The notes: generated by a model from the sequence alone, not told the origin. A stretch of 64,000 bases of DNA from an uncultured Rhodobacterales bacterium (GCA_963976645.1 CAXBLK010000002.1:10159-74158), one strand, 5' to 3'. Shown: positions 9,553 to 23,055, counted from the stretch's first letter. Program-made: numbers and translations.

Positions 9553-11819
9553 TTTCCGGCGGCGCCCATGCGGCAGGCGGCCATGACGGCCATGTTCATG
9601 ATGTCGTTGACGGTAGCCCCGGTGGGCAGGATCTGGATGGGCTTTGGCACGCCCGTCAAAATAGGTCCGATCACGGTAGCCCCCGCCAATTCCTGCATCA
9701 GCTTGACCGAAATCGACGCCGAATGGCGCGCGGGCACGACCAGAACATTCGCCGGGCCGGTAAGCCGCGAGAACGGATAGGCAGCGGCAGCGACCGGATT
9801 CAGCGCGACATCCACGGTCATCTCGCCCTCGTATTCGAAATCCACGCCGCGCTTGGCCAGGACATGGGGCGCCAGGTGCATCTTCTGCGCGCGTTCGGAA
9901 ACCGGATAGCCGAAGGTGGAGAAACTGACGAAGGCCACGCGCGGTTCAAGGCCCAAAGAGCGGGCGACACCTGCGGCACGGGTGGCGATATCGGCCAGGT
10001 CGTCCTCCTCGGGCCATTCATGCACCAGGGTATCCGCGATCAGCACGATGCGCCCCTTGTGCAACAGGGCCGAGACGCCGACGGCGCCGTCTTGCGCGCG
10101 GGCATCGAATACGTGGTTGATCATGTCCATGACCAGCGCCGATTTCCGCGTGGCGCCAGTGACCAGCCCGTCGCCATGGCCATGCTGAAGCATCAGCGCG
10201 GAAAAGATGTGCCGGTCGCGCGTGGCCATGCGGTGCACGTCGCGCTGATCGAAGCCTTTGCGCTGGAGGCGGTTGTAAAGATAGCTGCGATAGGCGTCCA
10301 GATGGCGGGTATTGGCGGCGTTGACAATCTGAAGTTCGCGCACCGCGTCGCTCAGACCGGCGGTATCCAGCCGGCGGCGCACGTCATCTTCAGTGCCGAC
10401 GACCAGCGACTTGCCCAGACCAGCGCGCTGATAGGCAACAGCGGCGCGCAGCACGCGCTCGTCATCCCCCTCGGCGAAGATCATGCGCGACTGCGCCTGA
10501 CGGGCCCGCGCAAACAGGCTTTGCTGGATCGAGGCGGTGGGATCCATGCGCGATTTCAGGGTCAGTCGATAGGCGTCCAGATCGATGATCGGACGGCGGG
10601 CCACGCCGGTATCCATGCCGGCCTTCGCCACGGCGGGGGGGATAGTGTAGATCAGGCGCGGATCGAAGGGCGTGGGGATGATGTAGTCGCGCCCGAAGGA
10701 CAGCTTGCGGCCATAGGCCATGGCGACCTCGTCTGGCACATCCTCGCGCGCAAGTTCGGCCAGGGCGCGGGCGCAGGCGATTTTCATTTCGTCGTTGATC
10801 GCGCGGGCGTGGATGTCCAGCGCGCCGCGAAACAGATACGGAAAGCCCAGAACGTTGTTGACCTGGTTGGGATAGTCCGACCGACCGGTAGCGACGATGG
10901 CGTCCTGGCGGACCTCATGCGCTTCTTCCGGGGTGATTTCCGGATCAGGGTTGGCCATGGCGAAGATGACCGGGTTGTCGGCCATGCTGGCCACCATGTC
11001 TTGCGTCACGGCCCCCTTGGCGGACACCCCCAGGAACACATCGGCACCCTTCATGGCATCCTCCAGCGTGCGGGCGTCGGTCTTGACCGCGTGGGCGGAT
11101 TTCCACTGGTTCATGCCCTCGGTCCGGCCCTGATAGATCACGCCCTTGGTGTCGCACATGATGCAGTTGTCATTGCGCGCGCCCATGGATTTCAGCAGCT
11201 CCAGACAGGCAATTCCGGCGGCCCCTGCCCCGTTCAGGACGATCTTCACATCCTGGATCTGCTTGCCGCTGATCTCCAACGCATTGATGAGGCCCGCCGC
11301 GCAGATCACGGCGGTGCCGTGCTGGTCATCATGGAACACCGGAATGTCACACAGTTCCTTGAGGCGCTGCTCTATGATGAAACATTCGGGCGCCTTGATG
11401 TCTTCCAGATTGATGCCGCCGAAAGTGGGAGACATCAGATGCACGGCCTTGATAATCTCATCCGCGTCTTCGGTGTCCAGTTCGATATCGATGGCATTCA
11501 CATCGGCGAAGCGCTTGAACAGAACCGCCTTGCCCTCCATCACCGGCTTGGAGGCCAGCGCGCCCAGATTGCCCATGCCCAGAATGGCCGTGCCGTTGGA
11601 GATCACGGCGACCATGTTGCCTTTGACGGTGTAGTCAAACGCAAGGCCCGGATCCCTTGCAATGGCCTCGACCGGCACGGCGACACCGGGGCTGTAGGCC
11701 AGCGACAGATCGCGCTGCGTTGCCATCGGTGTGGTCGCGACGACCTCGTATTTGCCGGGCGTGGGGTCAAAGTGATAGGCCAGAGCCTCTTCCGGGGTGA
11801 TGCGGGATTTGCGGGACAT
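9549..11819 (-). CDS. maeB: NAD(P)-dependent malic enzyme with C-terminal PTA-like domain
   Basis: [54 protein letters not shown], and a C-terminal [13 protein letters not shown] domain. Confidence 0.95.
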   Translation of the reverse strand: MSRKSRITPEEALAYHFDPTPGKYEVVATTPMATQRDLSLAYSPGVAVPVEAIARDPGLAFDYTVKGNMVAVISNGTAILGMGNLGALASKPVMEGKAVLFKRFADVNAIDIELDTEDADEIIKAVHLMSPTFGGINLEDIKAPECFIIEQRLKELCDIPVFHDDQHGTAVICAAGLINALEISGKQIQDVKIVLNGAGAAGIACLELLKSMGARNDNCIMCDTKGVIYQGRTEGMNQWKSAHAVKTDARTLEDAMKGADVFLGVSAKGAVTQDMVASMADNPVIFAMANPDPEITPEEAHEVRQDAIVATGRSDYPNQVNNVLGFPYLFRGALDIHARAINDEMKIACARALAELAREDVPDEVAMAYGRKLSFGRDYIIPTPFDPRLIYTIPPAVAKAGMDTGVARRPIIDLDAYRLTLKSRMDPTASIQQSLFARARQAQSRMIFAEGDDERVLRAAVAYQRAGLGKSLVVGTEDDVRRRLDTAGLSDAVRELQIVNAANTRHLDAYRSYLYNRLQRKGFDQRDVHRMATRDRHIFSALMLQHGHGDGLVTGATRKSALVMDMINHVFDARAQDGAVGVSALLHKGRIVLIADTLVHEWPEEDDLADIATRAAGVARSLGLEPRVAFVSFSTFGYPVSERAQKMHLAPHVLAKRGVDFEYEGEMTVDVALNPVAAAAYPFSRLTGPANVLVVPARHSASISVKLMQELAGATVIGPILTGVPKPIQILPTGATVNDIMNMAVMAACRMGAAGK

Positions 11820-11940
11820 GCGGGTTCCTCCAGTCCTGACCTGCATAACGCCCAACAATCAGCCAAACAACATGCGGTTCTGCCCTTCTCGCGGGCCGGG
11901 GGGTTTTGTAGGGTCGGCGGCGCTGAACACGGAGAGCACA

Positions 11941-14610
11941 GTGAACGAAGCACACCGCGCCGTCACGCCGATGATGGCGCAATATCTGGATATCAAGGCG
12001 CAGCATCCCGATGCGCTGCTGTTCTATCGCATGGGCGATTTCTACGAGATGTTCTTTGACGACGCGGCGGCGGCGGCGGCGGCGCTGGATATTGCGCTGA
12101 CCAAACGCGGCACGCATGAGGGGCAGCCGATCCCGATGTGCGGCGTTCCGGTGCATGCCGCCGAAGGGTATCTGCTGAGCCTGATCCGCAAGGGGTTCCG
12201 CGTGGCCATTGCCGAACAGATGGAAAATCCCGCCGAGGCCAGGAGGCGCGGATCGAAATCGGTGGTGAAGCGCGACGTGGTGCGGCTGGTCACGCCGGGC
12301 ACATTGACCGAGGACGCGCTTCTGGAGCCGCGCCGGCACAATTTCCTGACCGCCTGGAGCGATGTTCGCGGCGCCTCGGCGCTGGCCTGGGCCGATATCT
12401 CTACCGGCGAAATGCGGGTGATGCCCTGCCCGCGCGTGAAGCTGGCGCCGGAACTGTCGCGGTTGGGCGCGCGCGAGCTGATCGTGCCGGACGACCTGGC
12501 GAAAGACCTGCGGCCGCTGGCCGATGAAATGGGCGTGGCACTGGCTGAGCGCGGGCGCGCGGCGTTTGATTCGGTGTCCGGGCAAAAGCGGCTCTGCGCT
12601 CTGTTCGGCGTGTCCTCGCTTGACGGGTTCGGCAGTTTCGAGCGGGCGGAGCTTTCGGCGCTGGGGGCGCTGGTCGATTATCTGGACATGACGCAAAAGG
12701 GGCGGATGCCGCTACTGCGTTCGCCGGTGCGCGAACGTTCTGGCGAAGCGATGCAGATCGACGTGGCAACCCGGCGCAATCTGGAACTGACACAAGCGTT
12801 GGCCGGCGGGCGCGAGGGATCCCTGCTGGCGGCGATCGACCGGACGATCACGGCTGGCGGCGCGCGGCTGCTGGAGCGCCGCATCGCCAGTCCATCCTGC
12901 GATCTGGCGGTCATTGAGGAGCGCCATGCCGCCGTTGCCATGCTGGCGCAATCGGACGGGTTGCGCGACAGCGTGCGGCTGGCGCTGAAGGCCGTTCCCG
13001 ACATGGATCGCGCGCTTTCGCGGCTGACGCTGGAGCGCGGTGGCCCGCGAGATCTGGCGATGCTGCGGGCGGGACTGAGTCAGGCCGGCGAACTGGCGGA
13101 GGCCCTGGGACAAGAGGCCGTTCCGCCCCTGCTGGAACGCGCGGCAATGGCGCTGGTGGGGCACGAGGGCCTGACCGACCTGTTGACCACGCAACTGGTG
13201 GCGGAGCCGCCCCTGCTGGCGCGGGACGGCGGGTTTATCGCAATGGGCGTGGATGCCGATCTGGACGCCGCGCGCGAATTGCGCGACGAAGGCCGCGGTG
13301 TGATCGCCCGGATGCAGGCGGACTATGCCACGGCCGCCGGCATCCCCTCGTTGAAGATCAAGCACAACAATGTGCTGGGCTATTTCATCGAAACCACCGC
13401 GACCCATGCCGAAAAGATGCTGTCCGCGCCGTTGAATGAGCGCTTTGTGCACCGCCAGACCACCGCGAACCAGGTGCGGTTCACCACGGTGGAGTTGTCT
13501 GAACTGGAAACCCGCATTCTGAATGCGGGGTCGCACGCGCTGGAGATCGAAAAACGGCTGTTCGAAGCCTTGCGCGGCGCTGTTCTGGAAGCCGCCGGCC
13601 CGATTCACGACACCGCGCGCGCCCTGGCCGAAATCGACCTTTCGGCGGCTTTTGCGCAGCTGGCGCGCCGGCTGGACTGGTGCCAGCCCGTGATGGAAGA
13701 CAGCCGCGCCTTCGACGTTGTCGGAGGCCGGCATCCGGTGGTCGAGGCGGCGCTGAAGAAGGCAGGCCAGCCGTTTGTGGCCAATGACCTGGCCTTGACG
13801 CCCAATGGGCCCGGCGCGGCAGCGATCTGGCTGGTGACCGGGCCGAACATGGCGGGCAAATCGACATTCTTGCGTCAGAACGCTTTGATGGCGATTCTGG
13901 CGCAGGCGGGCGGGTTTGTGCCGGCGCGTTCGGCCCGCATCGGCCTGGTGGACCAGGTGTTCAGCCGGGTCGGCGCCTCTGACGATCTGGCGCGGGGCCG
14001 GTCGACCTTCATGGTGGAGATGGTGGAAACCGCCGCCATCCTGAACCAGGCCGGCGCGCGGGCCTTTGTGATCCTGGACGAGATCGGGCGCGGCACGGCG
14101 ACCTATGACGGTCTGTCGATTGCCTGGTCGGTGCTGGAGCACCTTCACGAGATCAATGGCTGCCGCGCGCTGTTTGCCACCCATTACCACGAGATGACCG
14201 CGCTGGCCGACCGTCTGGCGGGCGTGGAAAACGCGACGGTGGCGGTGCGCGAATGGGAAGGGGATGTGGTGTTCATGCACGAGGTCCGAAAGGGTGCCGC
14301 GGACCGGTCCTATGGGGTTCAGGTGGCGCGGTTGGCAGGTTTGCCCGATGCGGTTATTGCGCGGGCGCGCGAGGTTCTGGACATGCTGGAACGTGGCGAC
14401 GCGGGACAGCGGGGCGCCGAGGCGCTGATCGACGATCTGCCGCTGTTCGCCCTGCCCGCCCAGAAGCCGGCGCCCGTGGCCGCCAGGGCTTCGGTGGTCG
14501 AGGAGCGGCTGCGACAGATTCACCCGGATATGCTGAGCCCCAGGGAAGCGCTGGCGCTGTTGTATGAGATGCGGGAACTGCTGGACGGGCCGTCAGGCAA
14601 GGCGGGGTGA
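11941..14610 (+). CDS. mutS: DNA mismatch repair protein MutS
   Basis: [43 protein letters not shown] and SYGVQVA. GTG start. Confidence 0.98.
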   Translation: MNEAHRAVTPMMAQYLDIKAQHPDALLFYRMGDFYEMFFDDAAAAAAALDIALTKRGTHEGQPIPMCGVPVHAAEGYLLSLIRKGFRVAIAEQMENPAEARRRGSKSVVKRDVVRLVTPGTLTEDALLEPRRHNFLTAWSDVRGASALAWADISTGEMRVMPCPRVKLAPELSRLGARELIVPDDLAKDLRPLADEMGVALAERGRAAFDSVSGQKRLCALFGVSSLDGFGSFERAELSALGALVDYLDMTQKGRMPLLRSPVRERSGEAMQIDVATRRNLELTQALAGGREGSLLAAIDRTITAGGARLLERRIASPSCDLAVIEERHAAVAMLAQSDGLRDSVRLALKAVPDMDRALSRLTLERGGPRDLAMLRAGLSQAGELAEALGQEAVPPLLERAAMALVGHEGLTDLLTTQLVAEPPLLARDGGFIAMGVDADLDAARELRDEGRGVIARMQADYATAAGIPSLKIKHNNVLGYFIETTATHAEKMLSAPLNERFVHRQTTANQVRFTTVELSELETRILNAGSHALEIEKRLFEALRGAVLEAAGPIHDTARALAEIDLSAAFAQLARRLDWCQPVMEDSRAFDVVGGRHPVVEAALKKAGQPFVANDLALTPNGPGAAAIWLVTGPNMAGKSTFLRQNALMAILAQAGGFVPARSARIGLVDQVFSRVGASDDLARGRSTFMVEMVETAAILNQAGARAFVILDEIGRGTATYDGLSIAWSVLEHLHEINGCRALFATHYHEMTALADRLAGVENATVAVREWEGDVVFMHEVRKGAADRSYGVQVARLAGLPDAVIARAREVLDMLERGDAGQRGAEALIDDLPLFALPAQKPAPVAARASVVEERLRQIHPDMLSPREALALLYEMRELLDGPSGKAG

Positions 14611-14623
14611 AACCCCGCCCTAC
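14601..14623 (-). repeat. GTAG-type REP palindrome, copy 2 (contains the mutS stop codon)
   Basis: Minus strand reads GTAG-GGCGGGGT-TTC-ACCCCGCC. Confidence 0.75.
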
Positions 14624-14636
14624 CCGGGCTGTCAAA

Positions 14637-15197
14637 TCAGCCAGCAGGTGTTGACGACACGCCAACCTGCGCTGGGCGCAGAAGATGATCGTGCAGGCGG
14701 AAGCCATCGGCAACGATCTGGATGATCTGGCCTGCGGCGAAGTCTGCCACTGGGGCCTCGAACATGGCCTCGTGAAGGTGGGGATCGAACGCATCACCAG
14801 GCTGCGGCGAGAGCTTTTCGACGCCGTGGCGCGCGAAGATGTTGGTCAGCTCGCGCAGGGTCAATTCCAGCCCTTCGACCAGGCCCTTGGCCTTGGTTCT
14901 CGTTTCCTCATCCACCAGGGACAGGGCCCGGCTGAGGTTGTCGTAGACCGGCAGCAGGTCCCTGGCCAATTTGGTGCCGCCGTAAAGAGCCGCCTCTCGG
15001 CGGTCTTTTTCGCCGCGCTTGCGGCTGTTTTCCAGGTCCGCGAGTGCACGCATCAATCGGTTTCGCATTTCCTCGCGTTCGGCGTCAAACGCGGCATAGG
15101 CCTGTTCCAGTTGCGCTGCCGGATCGATGGCTTCATCGATTGTCTCATGCTCGGCGTCAACTTGCGGGTCGGCCGGATTTTCTTGTGGCTCTGCCAT
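14637..15197 (-). CDS. grpE: Nucleotide exchange factor GrpE
   Basis: RALADLENSRKR, LLPVYDNLSRAL, FDPHLHEAM and LLRPAQVGV. Confidence 0.96.
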   Translation of the reverse strand: MAEPQENPADPQVDAEHETIDEAIDPAAQLEQAYAAFDAEREEMRNRLMRALADLENSRKRGEKDRREAALYGGTKLARDLLPVYDNLSRALSLVDEETRTKAKGLVEGLELTLRELTNIFARHGVEKLSPQPGDAFDPHLHEAMFEAPVADFAAGQIIQIVADGFRLHDHLLRPAQVGVSSTPAG

Positions 15198-15209
15198 GTC
15201 TTCCTCGTC

Positions 15210-16283
15210 TTACTCAGACCCCAGATCGGTCAACATGCGACCGACCAATTGCGCTGTATAATCGACTATCGGAACGATGCGACCGTAATTCAGGCGGGTT
15301 GGCCCGATCACGCCGACGGCGCCGATAATCTTGCTGTCGGCGTTCATATAAGGAGAAACGACCAAAGTGCTACCCGTTAGTGAAAAAAGCCTGTTTTCCG
15401 CGCCGATAAAGATGCGCACACCGTCGCCGCTTTCGGTCAGCTCCAGAACCTCGGCGATGTCGCGCTTTCGCTCGAGGTCATCGAAGAGTTCGCGGATGAC
15501 TTGAAGGCTGTCGGCGTCGGTCTGGTCAAGAAGATTGGAGCGCCCGCGCACGATCAGGCGTTCGTTCTGCTCTCCCTCTTCCTCCCAGATGGCCATGCCG
15601 CGTTCGACCAGGTCGCCGGCGATCTGATCGATTTCCTGTCGGTGCCTGGTGATTTCCGTTCGCAGGCGGATACGCAGGTCGCTGAGAGTGAGGCCGCTGG
15701 CAAAGGCGTTGATGAAGTTCACGGCTTCGCGCAACGCGGAGGGCAGGAGGCCGGGCGGCGGATTGAAAAGACGGTTTTCCACCTGACCATCCGCGAAAAC
15801 CAACACGACCAGAGCGCGATCGGAGGCGATGGGGACGAACTCTATATGGCGGATCGGCGCTTCGTGTTTCGGGGTCAGGACGAGGCTGGCGCCCTTGGTG
15901 ATCGATGACAGCGCATTGCCGACATTGTCGAGCATTGTTGTCAGGTCCCGCTCATTCGACAGGCGTGTCGCTTCGAGCTTCTGGCGATCGGTGGCGTTGA
16001 CACTGTCCACCTCGAGCAGGCCATCGACAAAGAGGCGCAGCCCCGATTGTGTGGGGACCCGACCGGCGGAGACGTGGGGGCTTTTGAGCAGGCCCATATA
16101 TTCGAGGTCCTGCATGACATTGCGGATTGTAGCAGCCGAAACGTCCTCGCTGAAGTCTCGGGTCAGCGTTCGTGAGCCAACCGGAATGCCCGTTTCAAGA
16201 TAGGATTCGACGACACGGCGAAAGACCTCGCGCGTGCGTTGATTGAGGTCCAGGATCGTGGGTGCAGTGCTGGGCTTTGTCAT
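15210..16283 (-). CDS. hrcA: Heat-inducible transcription repressor HrcA
   Basis: [43 protein letters not shown] and [10 protein letters not shown]. The start is chosen at MTKPS and is uncertain. Confidence 0.95.
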   Translation of the reverse strand: MTKPSTAPTILDLNQRTREVFRRVVESYLETGIPVGSRTLTRDFSEDVSAATIRNVMQDLEYMGLLKSPHVSAGRVPTQSGLRLFVDGLLEVDSVNATDRQKLEATRLSNERDLTTMLDNVGNALSSITKGASLVLTPKHEAPIRHIEFVPIASDRALVVLVFADGQVENRLFNPPPGLLPSALREAVNFINAFASGLTLSDLRIRLRTEITRHRQEIDQIAGDLVERGMAIWEEEGEQNERLIVRGRSNLLDQTDADSLQVIRELFDDLERKRDIAEVLELTESGDGVRIFIGAENRLFSLTGSTLVVSPYMNADSKIIGAVGVIGPTRLNYGRIVPIVDYTAQLVGRMLTDLGSE

Positions 16284-16372
16284 GTCTTGCCATGTCTGTT
16301 TCTGCGCGATCCGGTTGCAAGACCGGGTTCTGCGCGTGTAACTGGGCATCAAACTTGGAAAAGGATGCTGGA

Positions 16373-17083
16373 ATGCGCCCCTCTGGTAGAAAGTTAGATG
16401 AAATGCGCGTGGTTTCAATCGAAACCGACGTGATGCGGCACGCTGAGGGTTCGTGTCTTATCAAGGTGGGCAATACGCATGTCCTGTGTTCTGCCTCGGT
16501 CGAGGACCGCACGCCCCCTTTCTTGCGAAATACTGGTTTGGGCTGGGTTACCGCAGAATACGGGATGCTGCCGCGCGCCACCAACACCCGCAACAGGCGA
16601 GAGGCGGCGACCGGCAAGCAAGGCGGAAGAACCGTTGAAATTCAACGGCTTATTGGAAGATCACTGCGTGCGGGAATTGACCGTTCGGCCCTTGGTGAGC
16701 GTCAGATCACGATCGACTGCGATGTTCTTCAAGCCGATGGCGGCACGCGCTGCGCTGCGATTACGGGAGGCTGGGTTGCGCTGCGACAGGCGGTAAATGT
16801 CCTGATGGCGGCGGGTCAGATCAAGACCGATCCAATTATTGGGCAGGTAACCGCTGTGTCCTGCGGGATCTACGGCGGGCAGCCGGTCTTGGACCTGGAC
16901 TACAGTGAGGACAGCGCCGCTGGCGTCGACGGGAATTTCGTGATGCTTGGGAACGACAGGTTGATTGAAGTGCAGATGTCCGGTGAAGGCAGCGTCTTCG
17001 GGCGCGACGAGCTCCAGTCGATGCTGGATCTGGCTGCGAAAGGTTCAGCAGAATTGAGTGCGGCACAGGGTGTTGCCAGATGA
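16373..17083 (+). CDS. rph: Ribonuclease PH
   Basis: [42 protein letters not shown] and QADGGTRCA. Confidence 0.97.
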   Translation: MRPSGRKLDEMRVVSIETDVMRHAEGSCLIKVGNTHVLCSASVEDRTPPFLRNTGLGWVTAEYGMLPRATNTRNRREAATGKQGGRTVEIQRLIGRSLRAGIDRSALGERQITIDCDVLQADGGTRCAAITGGWVALRQAVNVLMAAGQIKTDPIIGQVTAVSCGIYGGQPVLDLDYSEDSAAGVDGNFVMLGNDRLIEVQMSGEGSVFGRDELQSMLDLAAKGSAELSAAQGVAR

Positions 17084-17691
17084 CACGGCGGCTTGAAGGG
17101 CGAAGGCTGCTGTTTGCGACGCATAACGCGGGCAAGCTGGAGGAGATGCGGCAGCTGCTCGAACCTCGCGGGATCGAGATTGTATCCTCGGCGGAGCTTG
17201 GATTGGCTGAGCCGGCCGAGACAGAGGATACATTTGTCGGCAACGCGCGCATCAAAGCCCATAGCGCTGCGAGCGCGACCGGATTGCCGGCGTTGGCAGA
17301 TGACAGTGGGTTGTGTGTTGACGTGCTTGGCGGAGCACCGGGTGTCTACACGGCCGATTGGGCCGAGGTTGATGGCGCGCGGGATTTTGCTGTCGCCATG
17401 GCGCGAACGCGGAAAGCCTTGGCCGCGGCTGGTGCGGCTGCCCCTTGGGTGGCTCGGTTTCAGTGTGTCTTGGTGCTTGCATGGCCGGACGGTCATGATG
17501 AGGTGTTTAAGGGCTCTGTCGTCGGCGAATTGGTGTGGCCGATCCGCGGCGCCGATGGTCACGGATATGACCCGATGTTTGTACCCGAGGCCCGCGGTCT
17601 GACATTCGCTGAAATGTCCCCGGAAGAAAAAAACAAGATCAGCCACCGGGCGCGCGCGTTAGAGATGCTGCTGGCCAGATGTTTCACGTGA
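17080..17691 (+). CDS. rdgB: Non-canonical purine NTP pyrophosphatase (RdgB/HAM1)
   Basis: [34 protein letters not shown] and [10 protein letters not shown]. Confidence 0.96.
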   Translation: MTRRLEGRRLLFATHNAGKLEEMRQLLEPRGIEIVSSAELGLAEPAETEDTFVGNARIKAHSAASATGLPALADDSGLCVDVLGGAPGVYTADWAEVDGARDFAVAMARTRKALAAAGAAAPWVARFQCVLVLAWPDGHDEVFKGSVVGELVWPIRGADGHGYDPMFVPEARGLTFAEMSPEEKNKISHRARALEMLLARCFT

Positions 17692-18875
17692 AACATGCAC
17701 CCGCCAATTCCGACCTGAGCGCCCCACCGGTTACGGGCTTTGGCCTGTATGTTCATTGGCCATTCTGCGCTGCAAAGTGCCCCTATTGCGACTTCAACAG
17801 CTACGTTTCGGCCGATGTCAACCAAGAGCGGTGGGCGAAAGCTTTTGAGCTTGAGATCGAACGGATAGGGCGGAGCACGCGAGGGCGGACCCTGGATAGC
17901 GTCTTTTTCGGTGGCGGAACGCCGTCGCTGATGAATCCCGCGACCGCCAGCAGAATACTTGAGGCCGCACGAAAGCAGTGGCGCTTCCGGAACTCGATTG
18001 AGATCACGCTCGAGGCAAATCCGAGCTCGGTCGAGCTGGCCAGATTTGTCGACTTTGCGGGCGCTGGTATCAACAGGGTTTCCCTGGGTGTCCAGGCATT
18101 GAATGACGGCGCCCTTCGGCGCCTCGGTCGGCTTCACTCAACAAAAATGGCCCGCAAGGCATGGGACATTGCCAATAGCGTCTTCGAGCGCGCCAGCTTT
18201 GATCTGATATATGCGCGACAGCACCAGTCTCTGGCCGACTGGTCGGCCGAGCTGCGGGAGGCCGTGCAAATGAGCCCGAGCCACCTCTCGCTGTATCAGC
18301 TCACAATCGAAGACGGCACCGCGTTTGGTGACCTTTACTCCAAAGACAGGTTGCGCGGCCTGCCGGATGAAAATCTTGGTGCGGATCTCTACGAGCGAAC
18401 CCAAGACACCTGTGAGCGTTGGGGATTACCAGCATACGAGATATCCAATCACGCCATTCCAGGTCAGGAGTCGGTGCATAATAATCTGTATTGGAGCGCA
18501 GGTGACTATGTGGGAATTGGGCCCGGAGCCCATGGACGCCTAACGCTTGATGGCCATCGAATCGCCACCGAACAGGAAAGGGCTCCGGCTGGCTGGCTGG
18601 CCAGGGCCCTGAAAGGAGATTCGGCCATCGATAGCCGTGCGGCCCTGACGCAACGAGAACAGGCCACAGAATATCTTGTCATGGGGATGAGAACGGCTGA
18701 CGGTGTTGATTTGAAAAGGTTGAACCGCATGATTTCGCTTTCAGCGATTTTCCCCAGATCGCAGCATCTAGAAGACCTGGGGCTTGTCTGGCGGAGCGAG
18801 CGAAGAATGGGCGCAACTCGCGCCGGACGACCGTTGCTCAATCAGGTTCTGAAAGCACTGCTGCCCGACAATTAG
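17679..18875 (+). CDS. hemW: Radical-SAM heme chaperone HemW
   Basis: YVHWPFCAAKCPYCDFNS (CxxxCxxC), FFGGGTPS, YEISNH and YVGIGPGAHG. Canonical rph-rdgB-hemW order. Confidence 0.94.
   Translation: MFHVKHAPANSDLSAPPVTGFGLYVHWPFCAAKCPYCDFNSYVSADVNQERWAKAFELEIERIGRSTRGRTLDSVFFGGGTPSLMNPATASRILEAARKQWRFRNSIEITLEANPSSVELARFVDFAGAGINRVSLGVQALNDGALRRLGRLHSTKMARKAWDIANSVFERASFDLIYARQHQSLADWSAELREAVQMSPSHLSLYQLTIEDGTAFGDLYSKDRLRGLPDENLGADLYERTQDTCERWGLPAYEISNHAIPGQESVHNNLYWSAGDYVGIGPGAHGRLTLDGHRIATEQERAPAGWLARALKGDSAIDSRAALTQREQATEYLVMGMRTADGVDLKRLNRMISLSAIFPRSQHLEDLGLVWRSERRMGATRAGRPLLNQVLKALLPDN
17680..17695. promoter_or_regulatory. parS site 1 (perfect palindrome)
   Basis: TGTTTCACGTGAAACA, extended to 18 bp by flanking A/T. 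Matches the universal parS consensus. Confidence 0.95.
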
Positions 18876-19774
18876 CGCGCCGACGAAAGTAGCTGGCACA
18901 GCTGGTCCAGCTGCTCAAGTTCCTTGTATTGAATGGTGAGCCTCCCCTCGCCGCCAGCGCGGTGGTCAATGACGACTGACATCCCAAGATTCGCTGAAAG
19001 GTCTTCCTCCAACGCGCGGGTGTCTGCGTCCTTCTGCGGGTTCCTGAACGCCTCGGAATTCCCTTTGTTCGACACGTGCCTGGCGAGCCGCTCGGTCTCG
19101 CGAACCGATAGCCCCTTGCCGACCACTTGTTGAGCCAGCGCCAGCGGGTTTTCAGCGGTCACCAATGCGCGTGCGTGCCCTGCGGTTAGCGTGCCCGAAG
19201 TTACCATGTTCTGAACGCCGTCAGGCAGGTTGAGTAGCCTCAGCAGATTTGCTATGTGGCTCCGGCTTTTTCCGAGCGCCTCTGCGATCTTGTCCTGCGT
19301 GTGCCCAAACCGCTCAATCAGCTGCCGATATCCTGTCGCCTCCTCAATCGCATTCAGCTCTTCGCGTTGGATGTTCTCGATTATCGCAACCTCAAGAACC
19401 TCTTGATCCGACAGGTCCCGCACGATCACGGGAATGCTTGGCATCTGCGCAATTTGAGCCGCGCGCCATCGCCTCTCACCAGCGACAATCTGATACCCTG
19501 CCGCCTGACCTGATACCGCCCTGACGACCAGAGGCTGCAGGATCCCCTTCTCTGAAATTGACATGGCGAGCTCGTGCAGCGCAGCCTCGTTGAAACGACG
19601 TCTGGGTTGGTCTGGGTTCGGCGAAATCTCGTCAATTGGAACCTGCCTGAGCTGCGACAAGTCAGCGGCTTCCGCCCGGACCCCGGAGGGGCTTTCCGGG
19701 TCCAGACCAACATCCGCCATGAGAGCGGAAAGGCCCCTACCGAGGCCGCGTTTTTCAGTCCTGCGTTCAGACAT
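18872..19774 (-). CDS. parB: Chromosome partitioning protein ParB
   Basis: [59 protein letters not shown]. Confidence 0.97.
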   Translation of the reverse strand: MSERRTEKRGLGRGLSALMADVGLDPESPSGVRAEAADLSQLRQVPIDEISPNPDQPRRRFNEAALHELAMSISEKGILQPLVVRAVSGQAAGYQIVAGERRWRAAQIAQMPSIPVIVRDLSDQEVLEVAIIENIQREELNAIEEATGYRQLIERFGHTQDKIAEALGKSRSHIANLLRLLNLPDGVQNMVTSGTLTAGHARALVTAENPLALAQQVVGKGLSVRETERLARHVSNKGNSEAFRNPQKDADTRALEEDLSANLGMSVVIDHRAGGEGRLTIQYKELEQLDQLCQLLSSAR

Positions 19775-20564
19775 CGGCCAGAGCCCTCTTTGTGTCGTTG
19801 TTGCCATTCAGAAACTCCAGAGCAAACGCCCTGTATGCCATCGACCCTTTGGACAACGAATCGTAGCTGAGGGCAGGCACCGAGAACGAAGGGGCCTCGC
19901 TCAGCCGAACGTTTCGGGGAATTACGGTTTTGTAGACCAAGTCGCCCAAGGTCTCGCGTGCATCACTTTCCACTTGCTGCGAAAGATTGTTGCGTTGGTC
20001 GTGCATTGTCAGCAACACGCCCTCCACTCGCAGATTCGGATTCGCGGTTTGGCGAATCTCGCGAATCGTTAGCATGAGCTGTGACAGCCCTTCCAACGCA
20101 AAAAACTCGCTTTGGAGAGGGATAAGAACTGAATCTGCAGCGACAAGGGCGTTCACGGTCAGCAGGTTGAGTGACGGCGGGCAGTCAATCAAAATGTAAT
20201 CGAAATCGAGCCGCCTCAGTGCGGGGTTTGCCAGAGAATCCCTTAGCAGATAGCTTCTTTTGCTTACGTTGTGGAGCTGGACGTCTGATGAAGATAGCTC
20301 TGTCGTGGAGGGGATGATCGATAGTCCCTCCGTTGATGTGTCGATAACCACGGCATCGGACTCCACATCTCCAAGCAGCATATCGTACACAGTCTGGCTG
20401 CGCCTCTCCAAACCAATCCCAAGCCCTGTCGACGCGTTGCCTTGTGGGTCCATGTCTACCAGGAGCACTTTTCGGCCTACCTCGCAAAGACAGGCCGCGA
20501 GGTTTATTGCCGTCGTGGTTTTTGCAACGCCACCTTTTTGATTGGCAATGGCGATGATTTTCAT
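19767..20564 (-). CDS. parA: Chromosome partitioning ATPase ParA
   Basis: [29 protein letters not shown] and [12 protein letters not shown]. Confidence 0.97.
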   Translation of the reverse strand: MKIIAIANQKGGVAKTTTAINLAACLCEVGRKVLLVDMDPQGNASTGLGIGLERRSQTVYDMLLGDVESDAVVIDTSTEGLSIIPSTTELSSSDVQLHNVSKRSYLLRDSLANPALRRLDFDYILIDCPPSLNLLTVNALVAADSVLIPLQSEFFALEGLSQLMLTIREIRQTANPNLRVEGVLLTMHDQRNNLSQQVESDARETLGDLVYKTVIPRNVRLSEAPSFSVPALSYDSLSKGSMAYRAFALEFLNGNNDTKRALADV

Positions 20565-21199
20565 GTCGGCCGGTCCTTTGGTTCGAGTTTTCTTATCTTC
20601 AGAATACGAGAGTTCTCGTCCGTCTTGCTTTGGATGAGATCGGCACTGAAGCGCCAGAAGCGGGACGCGGCCTCCATTTCCCGCAGATAGTGCTGTCCTT
20701 TGAGCAAAAACGCAGCGGAATCTTCGGCGCCGTGCCTGAAAACATATCCCAGAAGTCTGTCCATAGGGGCAAGCGCTCGCGCTGAAATGACATCCGCATT
20801 CTGGGGCTCAGCGGTCTCAATTCTTTTGGTTATCACCTGCGCATGAAGGTCTTGTCTCTGAATCACGTGCTTCAGGAAGGCGGCTTTTCTCGCATCCGAC
20901 TCGATTAAGGTGAAGAACGTGAGCGGTCTGTGCTCCTTGCCCAGGATTGCCATAACCAACCCCGGCATGCCCCCGCCGCTTCCCAAATCGCACCAGTGTC
21001 TGCCGCTGGGTTCCGAAATCGGAAAAAGCTGCATTGAATCGAGAATATGCCGCTCCCAGATGGTTGGCACCGTGCTCGCGCTGATCAGGTTGATCTTCCC
21101 CGACCATATCGTGAGGAGATCCGCGAAATCTCTCAGCCTGTCGCATGTTTCACGTGAAACATCCATATCGTCGCAAAGAGTCGGGCGAGGCTGAGCCAT
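20561..21199 (-). CDS. rsmG: 16S rRNA m7G527 methyltransferase RsmG (GidB)
   Basis: [39 protein letters not shown] and LKG. Confidence 0.95.
   Translation of the reverse strand: MAQPRPTLCDDMDVSRETCDRLRDFADLLTIWSGKINLISASTVPTIWERHILDSMQLFPISEPSGRHWCDLGSGGGMPGLVMAILGKEHRPLTFFTLIESDARKAAFLKHVIQRQDLHAQVITKRIETAEPQNADVISARALAPMDRLLGYVFRHGAEDSAAFLLKGQHYLREMEAASRFWRFSADLIQSKTDENSRILKIRKLEPKDRPT
21146..21161. promoter_or_regulatory. parS site 2 (perfect palindrome, inside the rsmG 5' end)
   Basis: TGTTTCACGTGAAACA, read as V-S-R-E-T in RsmG. Confidence 0.95.
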
Positions 21200-21201
21200 G
21201 A

Positions 21202-23055
21202 TTAACGAGCTTGCGCGCTTTTGGAAATTGAGAGCAAGATCGCAAGCGCCGCTGGTGTCATTCCCTCGACGCCCCTGGCCTGAGCAATGTCCGCGGGCTG
21301 AGCATCCTGCAATTTCTCTCGCAGCTCACCCGACAGAGACACAAGCCGAGAATAGTCGTGATTCGCAGGCAGCCTACGCACTCCCTCGCCCTCAAGTGCG
21401 GCCATCTCCTTTCGATGTCGCTCTACATACGGCTTGTACAAAGCATGATTCCGGAGAGCTTCTATCTCTGACACCTCAAAATTTCCGATACCCAAAACCA
21501 AATCGGCCACGATGCCCAAATCTACATCTGCGCGGCCCAAAATGTCGAGCAGAGACGTCTTGGCGGCACGCTTGGAGCTGTTTCCTGTAAGCACATCGGC
21601 CAACTGCCGATCAATCACTTTTTGGCTCGCGAGATCCGTGAGCCTTGAAAGCCTCTCCCGCTTTTCTTCGAAAAAGCGCTGCCGCCAAGCGCCAAGCAGC
21701 CCGACCCTCTGAGCAACCGGAGAGAGCCGCTGGTCGGCATTGTCCGCCCGAAGCATCAACCTGTATTCTGCGCGAGACGTGAACATACGATAGGGCTCGG
21801 TAACTCCTCGTGCTACCAGATCGTCCACCATCACGCCAATATAGCTGTTTTGTCGGGTCAATTCCAGCGGGTCCAGATCAAGAGCTACTGCAGCTGCATT
21901 GGCTCCAGCAAGCAGCCCCTGCGCGGCGGCCTCCTCGTAGCCAGTTGTTCCGTTAATCTGTCCGGCGAGAAAAAGCCCGGGCGTCGCCTTCATTTCAAGC
22001 GCCTGTGTCAATGTGCGCGGGTCGACATAGTCGTACTCAATTGCATATCCATATTGGGCGATTTCGACACATTCGAGCCCAACGATCGTGCGCAGAAATT
22101 CTTCTTGGACGCCCCTCGGAAGCGACGTGGAAATCCCATTCGGATAGACCAGATCACTGTCCAGCCCTTCTGGCTCAAGAAAGATGTTGTGAGAACCCTT
22201 GTCCGCAAATCGCGTAATCTTGTCCTCTACAGAGGGGCAATATCTGGGCCCGACCCCCGTGATGTTGCCAGACCTCATCGCGGACTTGGATAGGTTCTTC
22301 CGAATTATTTCATGCGTTTTCTGGTTCGTGGACGTAATTCCACAAGAAATCTGTCGACCAATAGGCGCCCGGCTCAAGAAGGAAAGCATGGTAGGGCGCT
22401 CATCCCCTGGCTGGGCGCCAACCCTGTCCCAATCAACGGTAGCCCCCACCAGCCGCGCTGGCGTGCCTGTCTTCAGTCGACCAAATCGAACACCAAAATC
22501 TCGGATCTGATCTGCCAGCCTGTTGGATGCCTGCGCTCCGCGCCGACCGGCCGATTGAGTCTCAGATCCAATATGTATCTCACCCCTCAAAAAGGTGCCG
22601 GTCGCCAAGACCACGGCGCGACAAGAAACGCCCGAGCCATCAGAAAAGATGACGCCAGAAACAGCCCCGTTATTGGCAACAAAATTGACGACCTCCTGAC
22701 ATAGGACACTGAGCCCGGGCTGCCTGGAAACGAATCGCTGAACAAACTCTGCATACCGCTTCCGATCAGCTTGAACGCGCGGACCTTGAACCGCTGCTCC
22801 TCTGGATTTGTTCAGCAATCTGAACTGAATCCCGGAATAGTCAGCAGCCAGCCCCATAAGCCCGTCCATGGCATCAATCTCGCGAACGAGGTGGCCCTTT
22901 CCGATGCCTCCGATCGCCGGATTGCAGGACAAAGCGCCCAGATCTCCCTTGCGAAACGTCACCAGCGCAGTTTCTGCCCCCCGTCGCGCCGCGGCCAGCG
23001 CCGCCTCGACACCCGCGTGCCCCCCGCCAATCACCACGACGTCGAAATGTTTCAC
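21202..23055 (-). CDS. mnmG: tRNA uridine-5-carboxymethylaminomethyl(34) synthesis enzyme MnmG (GidA)
   Basis: [54 protein letters not shown] and [12 protein letters not shown]. Confidence 0.97.
   Translation of the reverse strand: MKHFDVVVIGGGHAGVEAALAAARRGAETALVTFRKGDLGALSCNPAIGGIGKGHLVREIDAMDGLMGLAADYSGIQFRLLNKSRGAAVQGPRVQADRKRYAEFVQRFVSRQPGLSVLCQEVVNFVANNGAVSGVIFSDGSGVSCRAVVLATGTFLRGEIHIGSETQSAGRRGAQASNRLADQIRDFGVRFGRLKTGTPARLVGATVDWDRVGAQPGDERPTMLSFLSRAPIGRQISCGITSTNQKTHEIIRKNLSKSAMRSGNITGVGPRYCPSVEDKITRFADKGSHNIFLEPEGLDSDLVYPNGISTSLPRGVQEEFLRTIVGLECVEIAQYGYAIEYDYVDPRTLTQALEMKATPGLFLAGQINGTTGYEEAAAQGLLAGANAAAVALDLDPLELTRQNSYIGVMVDDLVARGVTEPYRMFTSRAEYRLMLRADNADQRLSPVAQRVGLLGAWRQRFFEEKRERLSRLTDLASQKVIDRQLADVLTGNSSKRAAKTSLLDILGRADVDLGIVADLVLGIGNFEVSEIEALRNHALYKPYVERHRKEMAALEGEGVRRLPANHDYSRLVSLSGELREKLQDAQPADIAQARGVEGMTPAALAILLSISKSAQAR

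Noticed and set aside
9723-14523. Long antisense ORFs opposite maeB (9723-12059) and mutS (12712-14523)
   Set aside because: Shadow ORFs expected from GC3-rich codon usage. The translations are low-complexity (R/A/G/Q/H-rich) with no motifs, and the opposite strand encodes clear conserved proteins.
16284-16372. CIRCE operator near hrcA/grpE or hslV
   Set aside because: No TTAGCACTC-N9-GAGTGCTAA-like inverted repeat was seen there.
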